This document shows, piece by piece, positions 1 to 10,782 of a stretch of DNA of 59,481 nt; within the stretch, counting starts at the first letter, position 1, and the number at the start of each line of letters is the position of its first letter. The position numbers and the translations under genes are program-made. A model generated the notes under the pieces. That model saw only the letters and a list, made by a program, of their open reading frames with translations, was not told the origin of the DNA and did not search any database. The stretch covers positions 1 through 59,481 of the forward strand of contig JBAXCM010000001.1 of assembly GCA_037141475.1 (NCBI GenBank), read 5' to 3'. Source of the stretch: Verrucomicrobiota bacterium (lineage in GTDB: Bacteria; Verrucomicrobiota; Verrucomicrobiia; Verrucomicrobiales; Akkermansiaceae).

Positions 1-2
1 CC

Positions 3-3000
3 AGCCAGGTGAATGCACATGCCTTGGTGGCTTCTTCGCTGCCTATCAATGACAACCTGATTAATCAGGGGCTTCTGAATAATCCTGATAGCCAGTTCTT
101 ACTTTCGGCACTACCACTGGCAGCCGGCAAGAACGGAACGCCGGCCTTCACACCCTCCGCTCCACTGACTCTCGGGGGCTCGACGGGAGATGTGGTGGTG
201 CAGGCCGGGGCACAAATCTCCAGTCCGACGACCTCCGATCATGTGGGTGGACGGGTTGCTTTGATCGGTGGCAATGTGTCAAATAGTGGCACGCTGACAA
301 CACCAGATGGACAGACGATCCTCGCTTCAGGATTGCAAGTGGGCATGGTCGCCCATGCCAGCAGCGACGCCAGTTTGCGAGGACTGGATGTGTATATCGG
401 AGCGGTAGCGGATAGCTCGGCGACGAGTTACGGCAGCTCAGCCAACAGCGGCCTGATTGACGCTTCGCGGGCGAGTGTGCGGATGTCCGGCAAAACGGTG
501 GCGCAAAACGGAGTGATCAGCTCATCAACCTCGGTGGCATTGAATGGGCGGATTGATTTGGATTCGAGTTATGCTGCGGTGAGCAACCAAGCGTATGATT
601 CCACTAATTCGGCCAGCGGTCAGCCATTTTTAGCGACTGCGACCGGCAGTGTCAGTTTTGGCAGCGGCTCGTCCACGGCGATTCTTCCCGAATGGTCCAG
701 CACGCAAACGATCGTCGGCACGCAACTCGCGTTGCCATCGCAAATCAATGTGTGGGGGAAAACCATTCATGCTGCGGCAAATTCCTCGATTGTGGCCCCG
801 TCAGCGGCCGTGAGTCTCAATGCCGGGGTTTGGGACTACGTTTCGCCAACATCAACGTTTGTGTTGGCGGATGGACAGATATATCTTGATAGCGGCGCCT
901 TGGTGTACGTCGCGGGCTCCACCGATGTGGCCGCAAGTGTGACGGAAAATATCGTCTCGGCACAGCTGTTAGGAACGGAATTGGCTGATTCACCGCTGTT
1001 GCGCAACAGCGTGCTGCGTGGCAGCACGATCCAAGTGGATATGACGCGCAGCGGCACATACAATGGCAAGTCTTGGATCGGCACGCCCATTGCAGACGTC
1101 TCCGGCTATGCAAATCTCATTGAACGCAACATCGGGGAACTAACAACCACCGGTGGCACGGTGAAACTTAATGCGGGTGCCTCGGTGGTGCTGAGCACAG
1201 GCGCTAAGGTGGAGGTTGCCGGCGGTTGGACTAACTATCAGGGAGCCACCGTGCAAACGACCCGGGTTCTGGCTAACGGTCATTTGATAGATATAGCCGA
1301 CGCGACGCCCGACATGGTGTATCAGGCGATTGTTGCGGGAGATTCAACATATGGCAGCACCAAGTGGGGTGTCACGCAAACCTTCAGCACACCCTTTGTG
1401 GCGGGAAGCCACATCGCCGGCGGCTACGTGCTTGGTGGCAGTGGCGGGTCCCTGAAAATCAGCGCGCCGGCAGTGGCGTTAGATGGGACAATGCAAGGCG
1501 GAGTGTTTGTCGGGTCGACCCAGCGCTCCACGCCGCCGATGGGCAGCAGCTTGTCGCTGGTATTTCAACGGCAGCAAAACTTGTCGCCCTTATACCTGCA
1601 GGAGGCTCCCGCAATACCACCCCAAATCGTCTTCGGCGAGGCAGCCGCTATCTCACCACTACCCGGATTTGCAGTGGATAGCAGTGGCGTGCCAAGCGCC
1701 TTGCCGACGAATCGGCAGGCCAATGTGAATTTGTCTCCCACTCTGCTGACCACAGGAGGATTCGCCAATTTGCGGGTTGAAAATGGGGAGGGAGGGATCC
1801 AACTGCCGCTAACAAGCGCCCTAACGACAAGCCCTGGCGGTTCAATCAGCTTGGCGGCTGCCAATTTGGAAATCTTGGGCAGCATGACGGCACCTAGCGG
1901 CAGCCTGACGTTGACGGCTTATAACATATCTCCGTTTGTCGCTGCCGCTTTGAAGACGGCATCATTGCCCGTCACACCACCCCCAAATGCAGGCCGCGGG
2001 GTGCTCCATCTCGCATCAACTGCCACCTTAAGCACTGCCGGCTTGCTCGTGGATGACAGGCCGGATTCCGCTACCGCTCTATCACTCCCACTAATAACCC
2101 GCGGCGGTAACATCGCGGTTGACTGCTATACCGGGAATTTTGATAGCGGCAGCAAGATTAACGTTGGAGGTGGTGTAAGCGTTAGTGCTAAGGGTGCGAT
2201 CTCCTATGGCGACGCGGGGTCCCTGGCTATTCGCAGTGGCCAGGATTCGAGTATCCGCTCGGTTGTAGGCGGCAGTCTTCAGCTTGGTGCGGAATTACTT
2301 GGCATGTCCGGTGCGAAAGGCGGTTCTCTATCATTAGTGGCACCGCAGATCCAGTTGGGAGGCTCTAGCATGGATTCCAATACACTGGTGTTAGAAGCAG
2401 GATTCTTTGATCAAGGAGGGTTTTCATCATATGCATTGACGGGCATTGGCTCGGTGGCACCGGGAACGGAGTCATACAATCCGGCGATTCTAGTTGCCTC
2501 AGGGACATCACTGGCTCCGGTTACTTTGCGGTGGTTAGCTGACATTGGGTCTTCAGGGTTGGACGGGATTTCATTGAACAGCATGATCAATCCGCAGAGT
2601 GCAAGAAGTCCGGTGTCGCTCTCGCTAACTGCCCAAGGGGTGATCGATGATTTCAGCCAAGCCATGGTCGTGCGGGGGGATTTGAGGATGCAAGCCAACT
2701 CGGTGATAGACGCCGGGGCCTACGGCTCTGTGACGCTCAAGGGAGACACGCTGGCAGTGATGGGCACCATCCAGGCGGCCGGGGGTTCCATCGCCATTAG
2801 CGGGCCAAAGAAACTTCCGACAAATGCGACCAACCCGCTCAACGCGTTTGTCACAGTGCTGTTAGCGCCCGGCAGTGTGCTATCCACAGCGGGAGGCATG
2901 CTGACCACGCCGAACGGTTTTGGTTATCATACTGGGATTGTGCTTGCGGGCGGCAGCATCACGGTCACCGGGAATGTGGCGGCGCAGTCAGGTGCGACCC

Positions 3001-6000
3001 TTGATGTGTCGGGAGGCTCAGCTGTTCTCGACATGCCGTCCGCCTCGTTGACATCGAGCGCGGTGGGCGATTCCAGTGTGCTTGGAGTGCCTGTGGGGTT
3101 GGCGTATCGCTCAGCAAGGATTGATAGCAATGGTGGGTCGATCGCATTGACCGGCAACCAAGAGCTGTTTTGCGACGCAACTCTAACCGGGCGTGCAGGC
3201 GGGCCAACCGCCACCGGCGGTAGCCTGTCAATCGCCTCAGGCGCGTTCCACCTATCTGGTACCGACGTGCCACCTAATGACCTCAATCTGATTGTCAAGC
3301 AGAGTGGGCTGAGTCTGCCCGCCGGAGTGAGTGTTACGGTGGCCAAGCCGGTGGTCGATGTGCGCGGCAACGAACTAACGGCGCACGGGTACTTCAGTGC
3401 GGATGCATTTCAAGCGGGTGGCTTCGACTCGCTCACACTGGGCGGCAACGTGCAATTTTCGGGCGCGGTGTCCATTCAAGCCCGGCGCAATCTGACGGTG
3501 GCGACTGGTGGCGTGATTGCAGCCGACGGCGCAGTCAGCCTCAGTGCATCCTATGTGGCTCTTGGCATGGCGTTTCAAGCTCCCGTGCAACCGCAGCAAA
3601 TCCAAGGGACATTTTTCTCTAGCAGCGGCCTGGCGTACAATCTGGCGCCCACTTTTGGTTCCGGATCACTGCGGGTCTCCGCGGACTTGATAGACATCGG
3701 CACGCTGTTGACACAGGGAATCGGCTCGGCGGAGCTGATCGCTCTGAACGGGGATATTCGGGGCAATGGCAGTCTTGACGTGTCAGGTGCGCTAACACTG
3801 GGGGCTGGACAGATTTATCCGACTAGCGGTGGCACCTTCACGGTGGCGGTTTACGATTACACGACGGCAGGCACAACAAACAAGGGGTCCATCACCATTA
3901 GCGGGGGGGCGAGCCGTCCAGTCCCGTACTCCGCCTGTGGACAATTGAACCTCTATGCATCGTCGATCAGTCAGGGAGGCACCCTGCGCGCACCGTTTGG
4001 ACAAATCACCTTGGGCTGGAACGGCAGCGGCACCAGCCCTAGCGACCTAACTGTTGGCAATTTGCGTGGCATGCCTGTTACCGCCTCACTAACTCTTGCT
4101 GCCGGAAGTATCACATCGGTATCGGCGATCGACCCGGTGAGCGGACAAGGCCTGAGCATTCCCTATGGAAAGAGCCCGGATGGCACGACGTGGTACGATC
4201 CGAGCGGATTTGACATTACCTCATCCGGAATGGCTGCAAAGGCCATCCGGCTCTCGGCCCAGTCCGTAGTCACAACAGCAGGCTCACTGGTTGATATCCG
4301 CGGTGGTGGTGATGTGTTTGCCTATCAATGGGTACAGGGAACTGGCGGATCCACTGATATACTCGCCTCCAACAGCAGCTTCGCCATCCTGCCTGGCTAC
4401 GCTGCCAGCTACGCTCCATACGCCGCGTTCAACACACCGATCAACGCGCCGTCGCTGGCAAATGATGGCGGATATGTGTCAAGCGGCTTGGCGCTGGGTG
4501 AACGCATCTGGCTAGCAGGCGGCAACGCACTCGCGGCGGGATACTACACATTGTTACCGGCCCGCTATGCCACTCTTGCGGGAGCGTTTCTAGTGACTCC
4601 AAAATCCGGCCAGCCCGCCGCGCAGTCGGTGGTCGCACCGGGAGGAGCGTCGGTTATGGCTGGGGTTCTGTATAGCGGATTAGACGCCCAGGTAGTGATA
4701 CCGGCAGTTCTATCTGAATATGAGGTGGCGCCAGCTGCTGTCGTGGCCAAACGCGCCCAATATAATTTGCTATCCGCTAATACCACCTTGGCGGCATCGG
4801 CCGGCTCTTCCCGCCTGCCGGTGGATTCCGGACAACTGAGCCTAGCGGCGACCCTCAGCATGACAATCGGAGGTGCAGTCAATTCGGTGGCACACAGTGG
4901 GGGGCGAGGTGGCATTGTGGATATCAGCAGTCCGCTGGACATCGTGATCAGGGCGGCTGGAGCTGCTGCGGACTCTGGCAAACTGTTGCTGGATTCCACC
5001 CAGTTATCTTCGTTTGGCGCGGAAAGTCTCTTGATCGGCGGCTCGCGGCACACCGGCTCATCCGGAGTAACCGTAGAACCCTCGACCAATAATCTAACGG
5101 TTGACAATGCGGGCGGAGAGCTCAGCGGTTCAGACATACTCTTGGTAGCCAAACAAGCTCTCAACGTCGCAGCCGGTGCCCGGGTTGTGCAGGACGCGGC
5201 GCATACCGGAACTGCCGATGCAGTGGCACTCGGCACGACGGGCAGCGTCGGGAGCGGCGACGGGGCGTTGTTACGGGTGAGCGCTGATGCCACGGCTGGC
5301 ATCACCAGATATGGAGTGGATGGGTCTAACGTGCCGAATCTGATTATTGCAGGCGGGGCAAAACTAATTGGTACGGCGCTTATTTTGGATTCAACCTCTG
5401 GGACCTCCTTATCTTCTTCCGCGATCCTGACTGGAAGCAGTGTTTCAATGAACAGCGGTCAGGTGAGTATTCAGTTAGATAATCCTGGAGCATTGTGGCT
5501 AAGCGGTGGACAAGCGAGCCGCGGTCTGGTGCTCTCGGGCACCGCACTTAGCAGTTTGCAAGCGTCAGTGAATTCCTTGTCCCTGCTGAGTTATTCATCG
5601 ATGGATCTTTATGGCAGCGGCAGCATCGGCGGGGCCAACGTTGCAAGCATGGCCTTGCACGCGGCGGAGATCCGTGGATTCAACACAGGCAGTGGTCAAG
5701 TTTCCCTGCTGGGCAAGGAAATCCTGATCGACAACAGCCCCAATGGAGTGGTGCCAGGGGTGGTCACTACCAATCATGGGACCTTGAGCATTGCTGCGGG
5801 CACACTGCGGCTGGGCAGTCATATCACTCAACTCGATCAGTTCGATTCACTGGTCGTGCAAGCGCAAAACGGCGTCATCGGCAGCGGCACCGGTGGCTTG
5901 GCCAGCTCCGGGAGCATGACTCTAACCACCCCGATACTCACCACTGGCGCGTCGGCCACTCAAAGCATTAGCGTCGGCGGCACCTTGTTGCTCCAGCAGC

Positions 6001-9000
6001 CGGGAACACCCGCCACGGCGGTCTTAACAGGGGGGGCGGGTGGCAGCCTCACGTTGACTGGCAGTTCGGTCAGCGTCAATTCCGAGATATCCCTACCGAG
6101 TGGCATGCTCGGATTGCGAGCGACCAGTGGTGACATCACGGTTGGAGGCAGCCTCGTGGTGGAGGGCACGGCGAGAATTTTCCAAGACGTCACCAAATTC
6201 TCCAGCGGCGGCAACATCCATTTATCTGCTGATCATGGTTCGGTTAATCTATCGGCAGGCGGGCGCTTGTCGGTGGCCGCCAATCCGGGGGGTGGCGATG
6301 CGGGAAGCCTCAGTGTTTTTGTGCCTCAGGGGACGTTTCACTTAGCCAGCACCGGCACCATCTTGGGCCAAGCAGGTGCCGGGGGCCTCGGCGGCAGCTG
6401 GGCGCTGGACGCCGGATCACCGGTTGCCATGGCCGCCTTGGACGGAGAGCTCAATACGGCGGGTTTTGCGCTCTCCCGCACCCTGCGAGTGCGCAGCGGG
6501 GATGTGATCCTAGCAGGTTCCGCACAATGTCTCAACTATACCGCGAGCGCCGACGCAGGCTCACTGAGTGTAAGCGGAACGATTGACGCCTCCGGTGCTA
6601 CGGGTGGAACGATCGATTTGAAAGCGAGTGGCAACCTGACCCTTCTATCTGGCTCATTGTTAAATGCCGCTGGTTTGGATTTCAGCAATGCGGGCAAAGG
6701 CGGCCGGGTCACTCTCGCAGCCGGCTGCGAAACCAACGGCAGCGCCGGGGCGGGTGTCCTAACGCTTGCCCTTGGTTCACGCATTGAGCTGGCGGTGGCG
6801 AGCCGCACACCTGCCAGCGCAGGGCTTGGAAGATTCACTGGCCAGCTGCATCTGCGGGCTCCCGTGGTCTCGGGCGGGACGGATTTGGCAATTGCCCCGA
6901 TGGCCGGAACCATAGACGGCGCTTCGGTGATTGTCGCCGAAGGAGTGCAGATTTTTGATCTAACTGCGGCAGGAGGCGCCATCAGCTCAGCCGCGCAAAC
7001 TGCCGTTCGATCGGCGGCCTCCACGTTCAGCTCATACTCGGCGGCTATCAGCACACGGCTACTTGCTGGCAATACGGGTTTGGTCCCGGTGCTGGAAGTG
7101 CTGCCCGGAGCTGAGCTCATCAATCGCAACGGCAATCTCACCCTAGGATCACTAACAAGCACATCAACCAGCGACTGGGATTTTTCCGGATACCGCTTCG
7201 GCCCTAACGGCGTGCCGGGAATCCTCACCCTCAAGGCAGCAGGGGACGTCGTCTTGTATAACTCGCTGAGCGATGGCTTCAGCTCGGCGGACTATGCCTC
7301 CCAGCTGTTAGGACGCAATGCCAGCATGCCTGCCAACTTGCAGTCGTGGTCGTTTCAAATCACCGCCGGCGCTGATTTTGCCGCAGCGGATCCACTTGCC
7401 GTCAATTCCACGGCCAGCGGCTCTGTGCTGCTGGGCAAGGACGGCAAAACCAACATCGTTGGTGTGGGGGGGGTTAACGTGGTAACCAGCACCATTACAT
7501 CCAGACTTTATCAAGTCATTCGCACTGGAACGGGCGATATTGGTATTGCGGCGGCCAAGGACCTGCGTCTCCTAAATCAATTAGCTTCGATATATACGGC
7601 TGGTGCGGTGGTCAATGACGCCACGCTGGGTGGCAGCTTCGATGTGCCGATTCCGAACATGGTTGGCAACATCCAACAACGCATACCGTATCCGGCGCAG
7701 TACACGATGGCAGGTGGCAATGTTAGCGTTCATGCGCTGGGAGATATCATTCACTATACCACTGACGCGATCAATAATTTGATCGCGGATTCAAGCAAGG
7801 AAATGCCCACCAACTGGCTCTATCGGAGGGGCTACGTGGCCCCGGACGGGCAGTTTGGTTTGTCTAACAACAAGGAGATTGCCTCGACCAGTTGGTGGGT
7901 TGACTTCAGCAATTTCTTTGGTGGAGTGGCGACACTGGGTGGCGGGGATGTTTCGCTGGTGGCGGGCAAACAGGTATCCAATGTGGACGCGGCTGTCGCG
8001 ACCAACGCCCGCATGCCCAAAGGGGCACCTAACGCCGCTTCCCTGGTGGAACTTGGCGGCGGTAATCTAACGGTTAAGACCGGCACTGACATTGACGGTG
8101 GGGTTTACTATGTCGAGCGCGGCCATGGAACGCTAGATGCCGGCGGATCTATCCATACCAACAGCACCCGGTCGCCATCGCTCACCACGATCAAAAATCC
8201 CTCGGATGTGTATGCCCCGCAGACGTGGTTGCCGACGACGTTGTTTCTGGGTAAAGGCAGTTTTGACGTCTTTGCAGACGGCAATATTTTGCTAGGTCCG
8301 GTTGCCAATCCGTTTCTGCTGCCGCAAGGGTACAACAACACCTACTGGTACAAGACGTATTTTTCCACCTATGCGCCTGACAGCAGCGTGAGTGCGGTTT
8401 CGTTGGCCGGCAATATTACCATGCGCAGCAGTGTGACGCTGCCGACGACAAGCACGAGTCAAAGCGTGAGTTTGGGGACCGCCATTCCCATGTTGCAGGC
8501 GTGGTATCAAAACCAATTGCTTTACAGCCCCAGTCCGCGCAGCGCGTCCTATTATCAGCCGTGGCTAAGGCTCACTGAGACGTCCGTGACGCCATTTTCC
8601 ACGGGATTCAGCCTGTTTCCGGGCAGCTTGAGTCTGGTTGCATTGAACGGGGATGTGAATCTTGCGGGCGGTATCAAACTGGCACCCGCGTCTGCCGGAT
8701 CGCTTGCCATACTAGCGACTGGCTCGGTCAACGGCCTGCAGATTACGGGGACTGCGACGACGACCCAAGCAGTGATTAACGAATGGGGATCTAGCACGAT
8801 CAATCTATCCGACGCTGACCCCGCATCGATACCCGGGACAGCGACGCCGGTGGCCTATCAGAGTCTGCTGGCCCAGGACCCTAACAGCTCTATTCAACGG
8901 GATTCAAAGAATACCAACGGCATCTTGGTCTCATTTTTGGATCCATTTTTTGCGGAGAGCGGCTCGACGAACCAGGTATTGCAAACCAAGCAAAGGCTGC

Positions 9001-10511
9001 ATGGCGGTGCCATATTGCATGCGGGCGACAGTCAACCGTTGCGGATATACGCTTCATCGGGAGATATCTCCGGATTGACTCTGTATTCAGCTAAAGAACT
9101 CCGGGTCGTTGCCGGGAGAGATATCACGGATGTGGCATTTTATAGCCAGAACCTTGGCGCAGCGGACGTCTCATTGGTGAGTGCCGGGCGTGACATCACC
9201 GCTTACGATGCGGCTTCATTGCTGCGCAGCCAAGCCACCGCCACCGGTAATGCGTTGAATCTGGGTGAACACCCGCTGGCCGGAGACATTCAGATGGGCG
9301 GGCCCGGGACGTTAGAGGTATTGGCGGGGCGCAATCTGGACCTCGGAAGTGGTGCTAGCAATGCTGACGGGACAGGCAGCGGCATCACTAGCATCGGCAA
9401 TGCCAGAAATCCCTATCTGCCATTCACGGGCGCTGCCATTATCGCCGGCGCGGGCATCGGCAACTCAGGCTCGCTCGCTGCCAGCCAACTCGATTTTAGC
9501 GCGTTTATCACCCAGTTCATCAAATCTGCGGATGGCACGGCGCATCTGCTCGAACTCGGACTCACTCAGGACCAATTTGACAAACGCGATCACGAGCAAC
9601 AGGACCAGCTCGCACTCGAGGTTTTCTATCTGGTACTACGGGATGCCGGACGCGATCACGGTCGCCCGCAGAGCCCTGGTTACCGCAACTACGATGCGGG
9701 CGAGGCAGCGATAGCGGCGCTGTTTCCGGGTTCCGGGTGGAGCGGGTCCATCAACACGCAGGAGCGTGACATTCGGACGAAAAATGGGGGTGATATCAGT
9801 TTGTTTGCGCCGGGCGGCTCGCTGGCGCTGGCAAGCATCCGGCTGGGCAACCCGCTGACGCCTCCCGGGATTGTCACCGAGGCTGGCGGCAATATCAATG
9901 TCTTCACCCGAAACAACGTGGACCTCGGTATATCACGAATCTTCACCCTCCGGGGCGGCAACGAAATCATCTGGTCCTCAGTGGGGAACATCGCCGCCGG
10001 CTCATCATCCAAAACCGTTCAGGCCGCACCTCCCACACGAGTGCTGATCGATCCGCAGAGCGCCGATGTGAAAACCGACCTAGCGGGTCTAGCGACCGGG
10101 GGTGGTATCGGTGTGCTGACATCGGTGGCAGGCGTACGACCCGGGAATGTTGATTTGATAGCTCCGGTGGGCACGATTGATGCTGGTGACGCCGGTATCC
10201 GTGTGTCGGGCAACCTGAACATCTCTGCTGCCATCGTCACCAATGCCGGCAACATCAGTGCCGGGGGAACCAGCAGCGGTACCACAGCCGCCGGAGCGCC
10301 TGCCGCGCCGAGTGTGAGCAGCATCAGTGCCGCCTCTAACACAGCCGCAGCTGGCAATACCAGTGTGGCGGAGGCAGGTAGGCATGAATCCCCTCCGCCA
10401 GCCCCAGCTGAAACCGCTCTTTCCATCATCAACGTCGAGGTGATTGGTTATGGTGGAGCTGGGGACAATCAGGACGAAGAGGACAAAGCAGACTCTAACG
10501 AAAAACCTTGA
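3..10511 (+). CDS. Giant TpsA/filamentous-haemagglutinin family exoprotein with C-terminal DUF3739-type domain (PdtA-like); 5'-truncated by the window edge
   Basis: Open frame from the window start (3,500 aa from GTG 9). G/S/A/T-rich beta-helix-type repeats (GGxIxL..., SSQ/TID-like motifs). C-terminal GIVTEAGGNI...SRIFTLRGGNEIIWSSVGNIAAG...GDAGIRVSGNL and an IINVEVIGYGG plus acidic tail, as seen in DUF3739 proteins. No signal peptide in the window. Confidence 0.85.
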   Translation, partial: SQVNAHALVASSLPINDNLINQGLLNNPDSQFLLSALPLAAGKNGTPAFTPSAPLTLGGSTGDVVVQAGAQISSPTTSDHVGGRVALIGGNVSNSGTLTTPDGQTILASGLQVGMVAHASSDASLRGLDVYIGAVADSSATSYGSSANSGLIDASRASVRMSGKTVAQNGVISSSTSVALNGRIDLDSSYAAVSNQAYDSTNSASGQPFLATATGSVSFGSGSSTAILPEWSSTQTIVGTQLALPSQINVWGKTIHAAANSSIVAPSAAVSLNAGVWDYVSPTSTFVLADGQIYLDSGALVYVAGSTDVAASVTENIVSAQLLGTELADSPLLRNSVLRGSTIQVDMTRSGTYNGKSWIGTPIADVSGYANLIERNIGELTTTGGTVKLNAGASVVLSTGAKVEVAGGWTNYQGATVQTTRVLANGHLIDIADATPDMVYQAIVAGDSTYGSTKWGVTQTFSTPFVAGSHIAGGYVLGGSGGSLKISAPAVALDGTMQGGVFVGSTQRSTPPMGSSLSLVFQRQQNLSPLYLQEAPAIPPQIVFGEAAAISPLPGFAVDSSGVPSALPTNRQANVNLSPTLLTTGGFANLRVENGEGGIQLPLTSALTTSPGGSISLAAANLEILGSMTAPSGSLTLTAYNISPFVAAALKTASLPVTPPPNAGRGVLHLASTATLSTAGLLVDDRPDSATALSLPLITRGGNIAVDCYTGNFDSGSKINVGGGVSVSAKGAISYGDAGSLAIRSGQDSSIRSVVGGSLQLGAELLGMSGAKGGSLSLVAPQIQLGGSSMDSNTLVLEAGFFDQGGFSSYALTGIGSVAPGTESYNPAILVASGTSLAPVTLRWLADIGSSGLDGISLNSMINPQSARSPVSLSLTAQGVIDDFSQAMVVRGDLRMQANSVIDAGAYGSVTLKGDTLAVMGTIQAAGGSIAISGPKKLPTNATNPLNAFVTVLLAPGSVLSTAGGMLTTPNGFGYHTGIVLAGGSITVTGNVAAQSGATLDVSGGSAVLDMPSASLTSSAVGDSSVLGVPVGLAYRSARIDSNGGSIALTGNQELFCDATLTGRAGGPTATGGSLSIASGAFHLSGTDVPPNDLNLIVKQSGLSLPAGVSVTVAKPVVDVRGNELTAHGYFSADAFQAGGFDSLTLGGNVQFSGAVSIQARRNLTVATGGVIAADGAVSLSASYVALGMAFQAPVQPQQIQGTFFSSSGLAYNLAPTFGSGSLRVSADLIDIGTLLTQGIGSAELIALNGDIRGNGSLDVSGALTLGAGQIYPTSGGTFTVAVYDYTTAGTTNKGSITISGGASRPVPYSACGQLNLYASSISQGGTLRAPFGQITLGWNGSGTSPSDLTVGNLRGMPVTASLTLAAGSITSVSAIDPVSGQGLSIPYGKSPDGTTWYDPSGFDITSSGMAAKAIRLSAQSVVTTAGSLVDIRGGGDVFAYQWVQGTGGSTDILASNSSFAILPGYAASYAPYAAFNTPINAPSLANDGGYVSSGLALGERIWLAGGNALAAGYYTLLPARYATLAGAFLVTPKSGQPAAQSVVAPGGASVMAGVLYSGLDAQVVIPAVLSEYEVAPAAVVAKRAQYNLLSANTTLAASAGSSRLPVDSGQLSLAATLSMTIGGAVNSVAHSGGRGGIVDISSPLDIVIRAAGAAADSGKLLLDSTQLSSFGAESLLIGGSRHTGSSGVTVEPSTNNLTVDNAGGELSGSDILLVAKQALNVAAGARVVQDAAHTGTADAVALGTTGSVGSGDGALLRVSADATAGITRYGVDGSNVPNLIIAGGAKLIGTALILDSTSGTSLSSSAILTGSSVSMNSGQVSIQLDNPGALWLSGGQASRGLVLSGTALSSLQASVNSLSLLSYSSMDLYGSGSIGGANVASMALHAAEIRGFNTGSGQVSLLGKEILIDNSPNGVVPGVVTTNHGTLSIAAGTLRLGSHITQLDQFDSLVVQAQNGVIGSGTGGLASSGSMTLTTPILTTGASATQSISVGGTLLLQQPGTPATAVLTGGAGGSLTLTGSSVSVNSEISLPSGMLGLRATSGDITVGGSLVVEGTARIFQDVTKFSSGGNIHLSADHGSVNLSAGGRLSVAANPGGGDAGSLSVFVPQGTFHLASTGTILGQAGAGGLGGSWALDAGSPVAMAALDGELNTAGFALSRTLRVRSGDVILAGSAQCLNYTASADAGSLSVSGTIDASGATGGTIDLKASGNLTLLSGSLLNAAGLDFSNAGKGGRVTLAAGCETNGSAGAGVLTLALGSRIELAVASRTPASAGLGRFTGQLHLRAPVVSGGTDLAIAPMAGTIDGASVIVAEGVQIFDLTAAGGAISSAAQTAVRSAASTFSSYSAAISTRLLAGNTGLVPVLEVLPGAELINRNGNLTLGSLTSTSTSDWDFSGYRFGPNGVPGILTLKAAGDVVLYNSLSDGFSSADYASQLLGRNASMPANLQSWSFQITAGADFAAADPLAVNSTASGSVLLGKDGKTNIVGVGGVNVVTSTITSRLYQVIRTGTGDIGIAAAKDLRLLNQLASIYTAGAVVNDATLGGSFDVPIPNMVGNIQQRIPYPAQYTMAGGNVSVHALGDIIHYTTDAINNLIADSSKEMPTNWLYRRGYVAPDGQFGLSNNKEIASTSWWVDFSNFFGGVATLGGGDVSLVAGKQVSNVDAAVATNARMPKGAPNAASLVELGGGNLTVKTGTDIDGGVYYVERGHGTLDAGGSIHTNSTRSPSLTTIKNPSDVYAPQTWLPTTLFLGKGSFDVFADGNILLGPVANPFLLPQGYNNTYWYKTYFSTYAPDSSVSAVSLAGNITMRSSVTLPTTSTSQSVSLGTAIPMLQAWYQNQLLYSPSPRSASYYQPWLRLTETSVTPFSTGFSLFPGSLSLVALNGDVNLAGGIKLAPASAGSLAILATGSVNGLQITGTATTTQAVINEWGSSTINLSDADPASIPGTATPVAYQSLLAQDPNSSIQRDSKNTNGILVSFLDPFFAESGSTNQVLQTKQRLHGGAILHAGDSQPLRIYASSGDISGLTLYSAKELRVVAGRDITDVAFYSQNLGAADVSLVSAGRDITAYDAASLLRSQATATGNALNLGEHPLAGDIQMGGPGTLEVLAGRNLDLGSGASNADGTGSGITSIGNARNPYLPFTGAAIIAGAGIGNSGSLAASQLDFSAFITQFIKSADGTAHLLELGLTQDQFDKRDHEQQDQLALEVFYLVLRDAGRDHGRPQSPGYRNYDAGEAAIAALFPGSGWSGSINTQERDIRTKNGGDISLFAPGGSLALASIRLGNPLTPPGIVTEAGGNINVFTRNNVDLGISRIFTLRGGNEIIWSSVGNIAAGSSSKTVQAAPPTRVLIDPQSADVKTDLAGLATGGGIGVLTSVAGVRPGNVDLIAPVGTIDAGDAGIRVSGNLNISAAIVTNAGNISAGGTSSGTTAAGAPAAPSVSSISAASNTAAAGNTSVAEAGRHESPPPAPAETALSIINVEVIGYGGAGDNQDEEDKADSNEKP

Positions 10512-10782
10512 GGCATCCGGCTTGCGGTGACTGGAAGCATCCGGGTAACGGACTGGTCCATGCGCCGCGCGAAGGCGACCGTCTGGTTGCCTTCTCTTGC
10601 TTATCTCATGGGCAACTGTGGGCAGAATGCCCACTCTCCTTGAAGGGGGCGAGCTGGACGGCTTCTCGCTGCCTGACTTCTCGCTCTGCCTAATTGATCC
10701 TCTTTGGGCTTCTGCTTGTCATGGACGACAGGCGGCCCAAAAATTAGGCGATGTGAGGTGAATGGACACCGACTCCCTTCGC

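Noticed and set aside
692-10432. Many minus-strand and off-frame ORFs (up to 246 aa) inside the TpsA gene
   Set aside because: Shadow ORFs of a GC-rich Gly/Ala/Ser-rich gene; Pro/Ala-biased with no motifs.
10508-10693. 61-aa ORF overlapping the TpsA stop, considered as an immunity gene
   Set aside because: TTG start, no recognisable features, and the TpsA has no toxin-type C-terminus.
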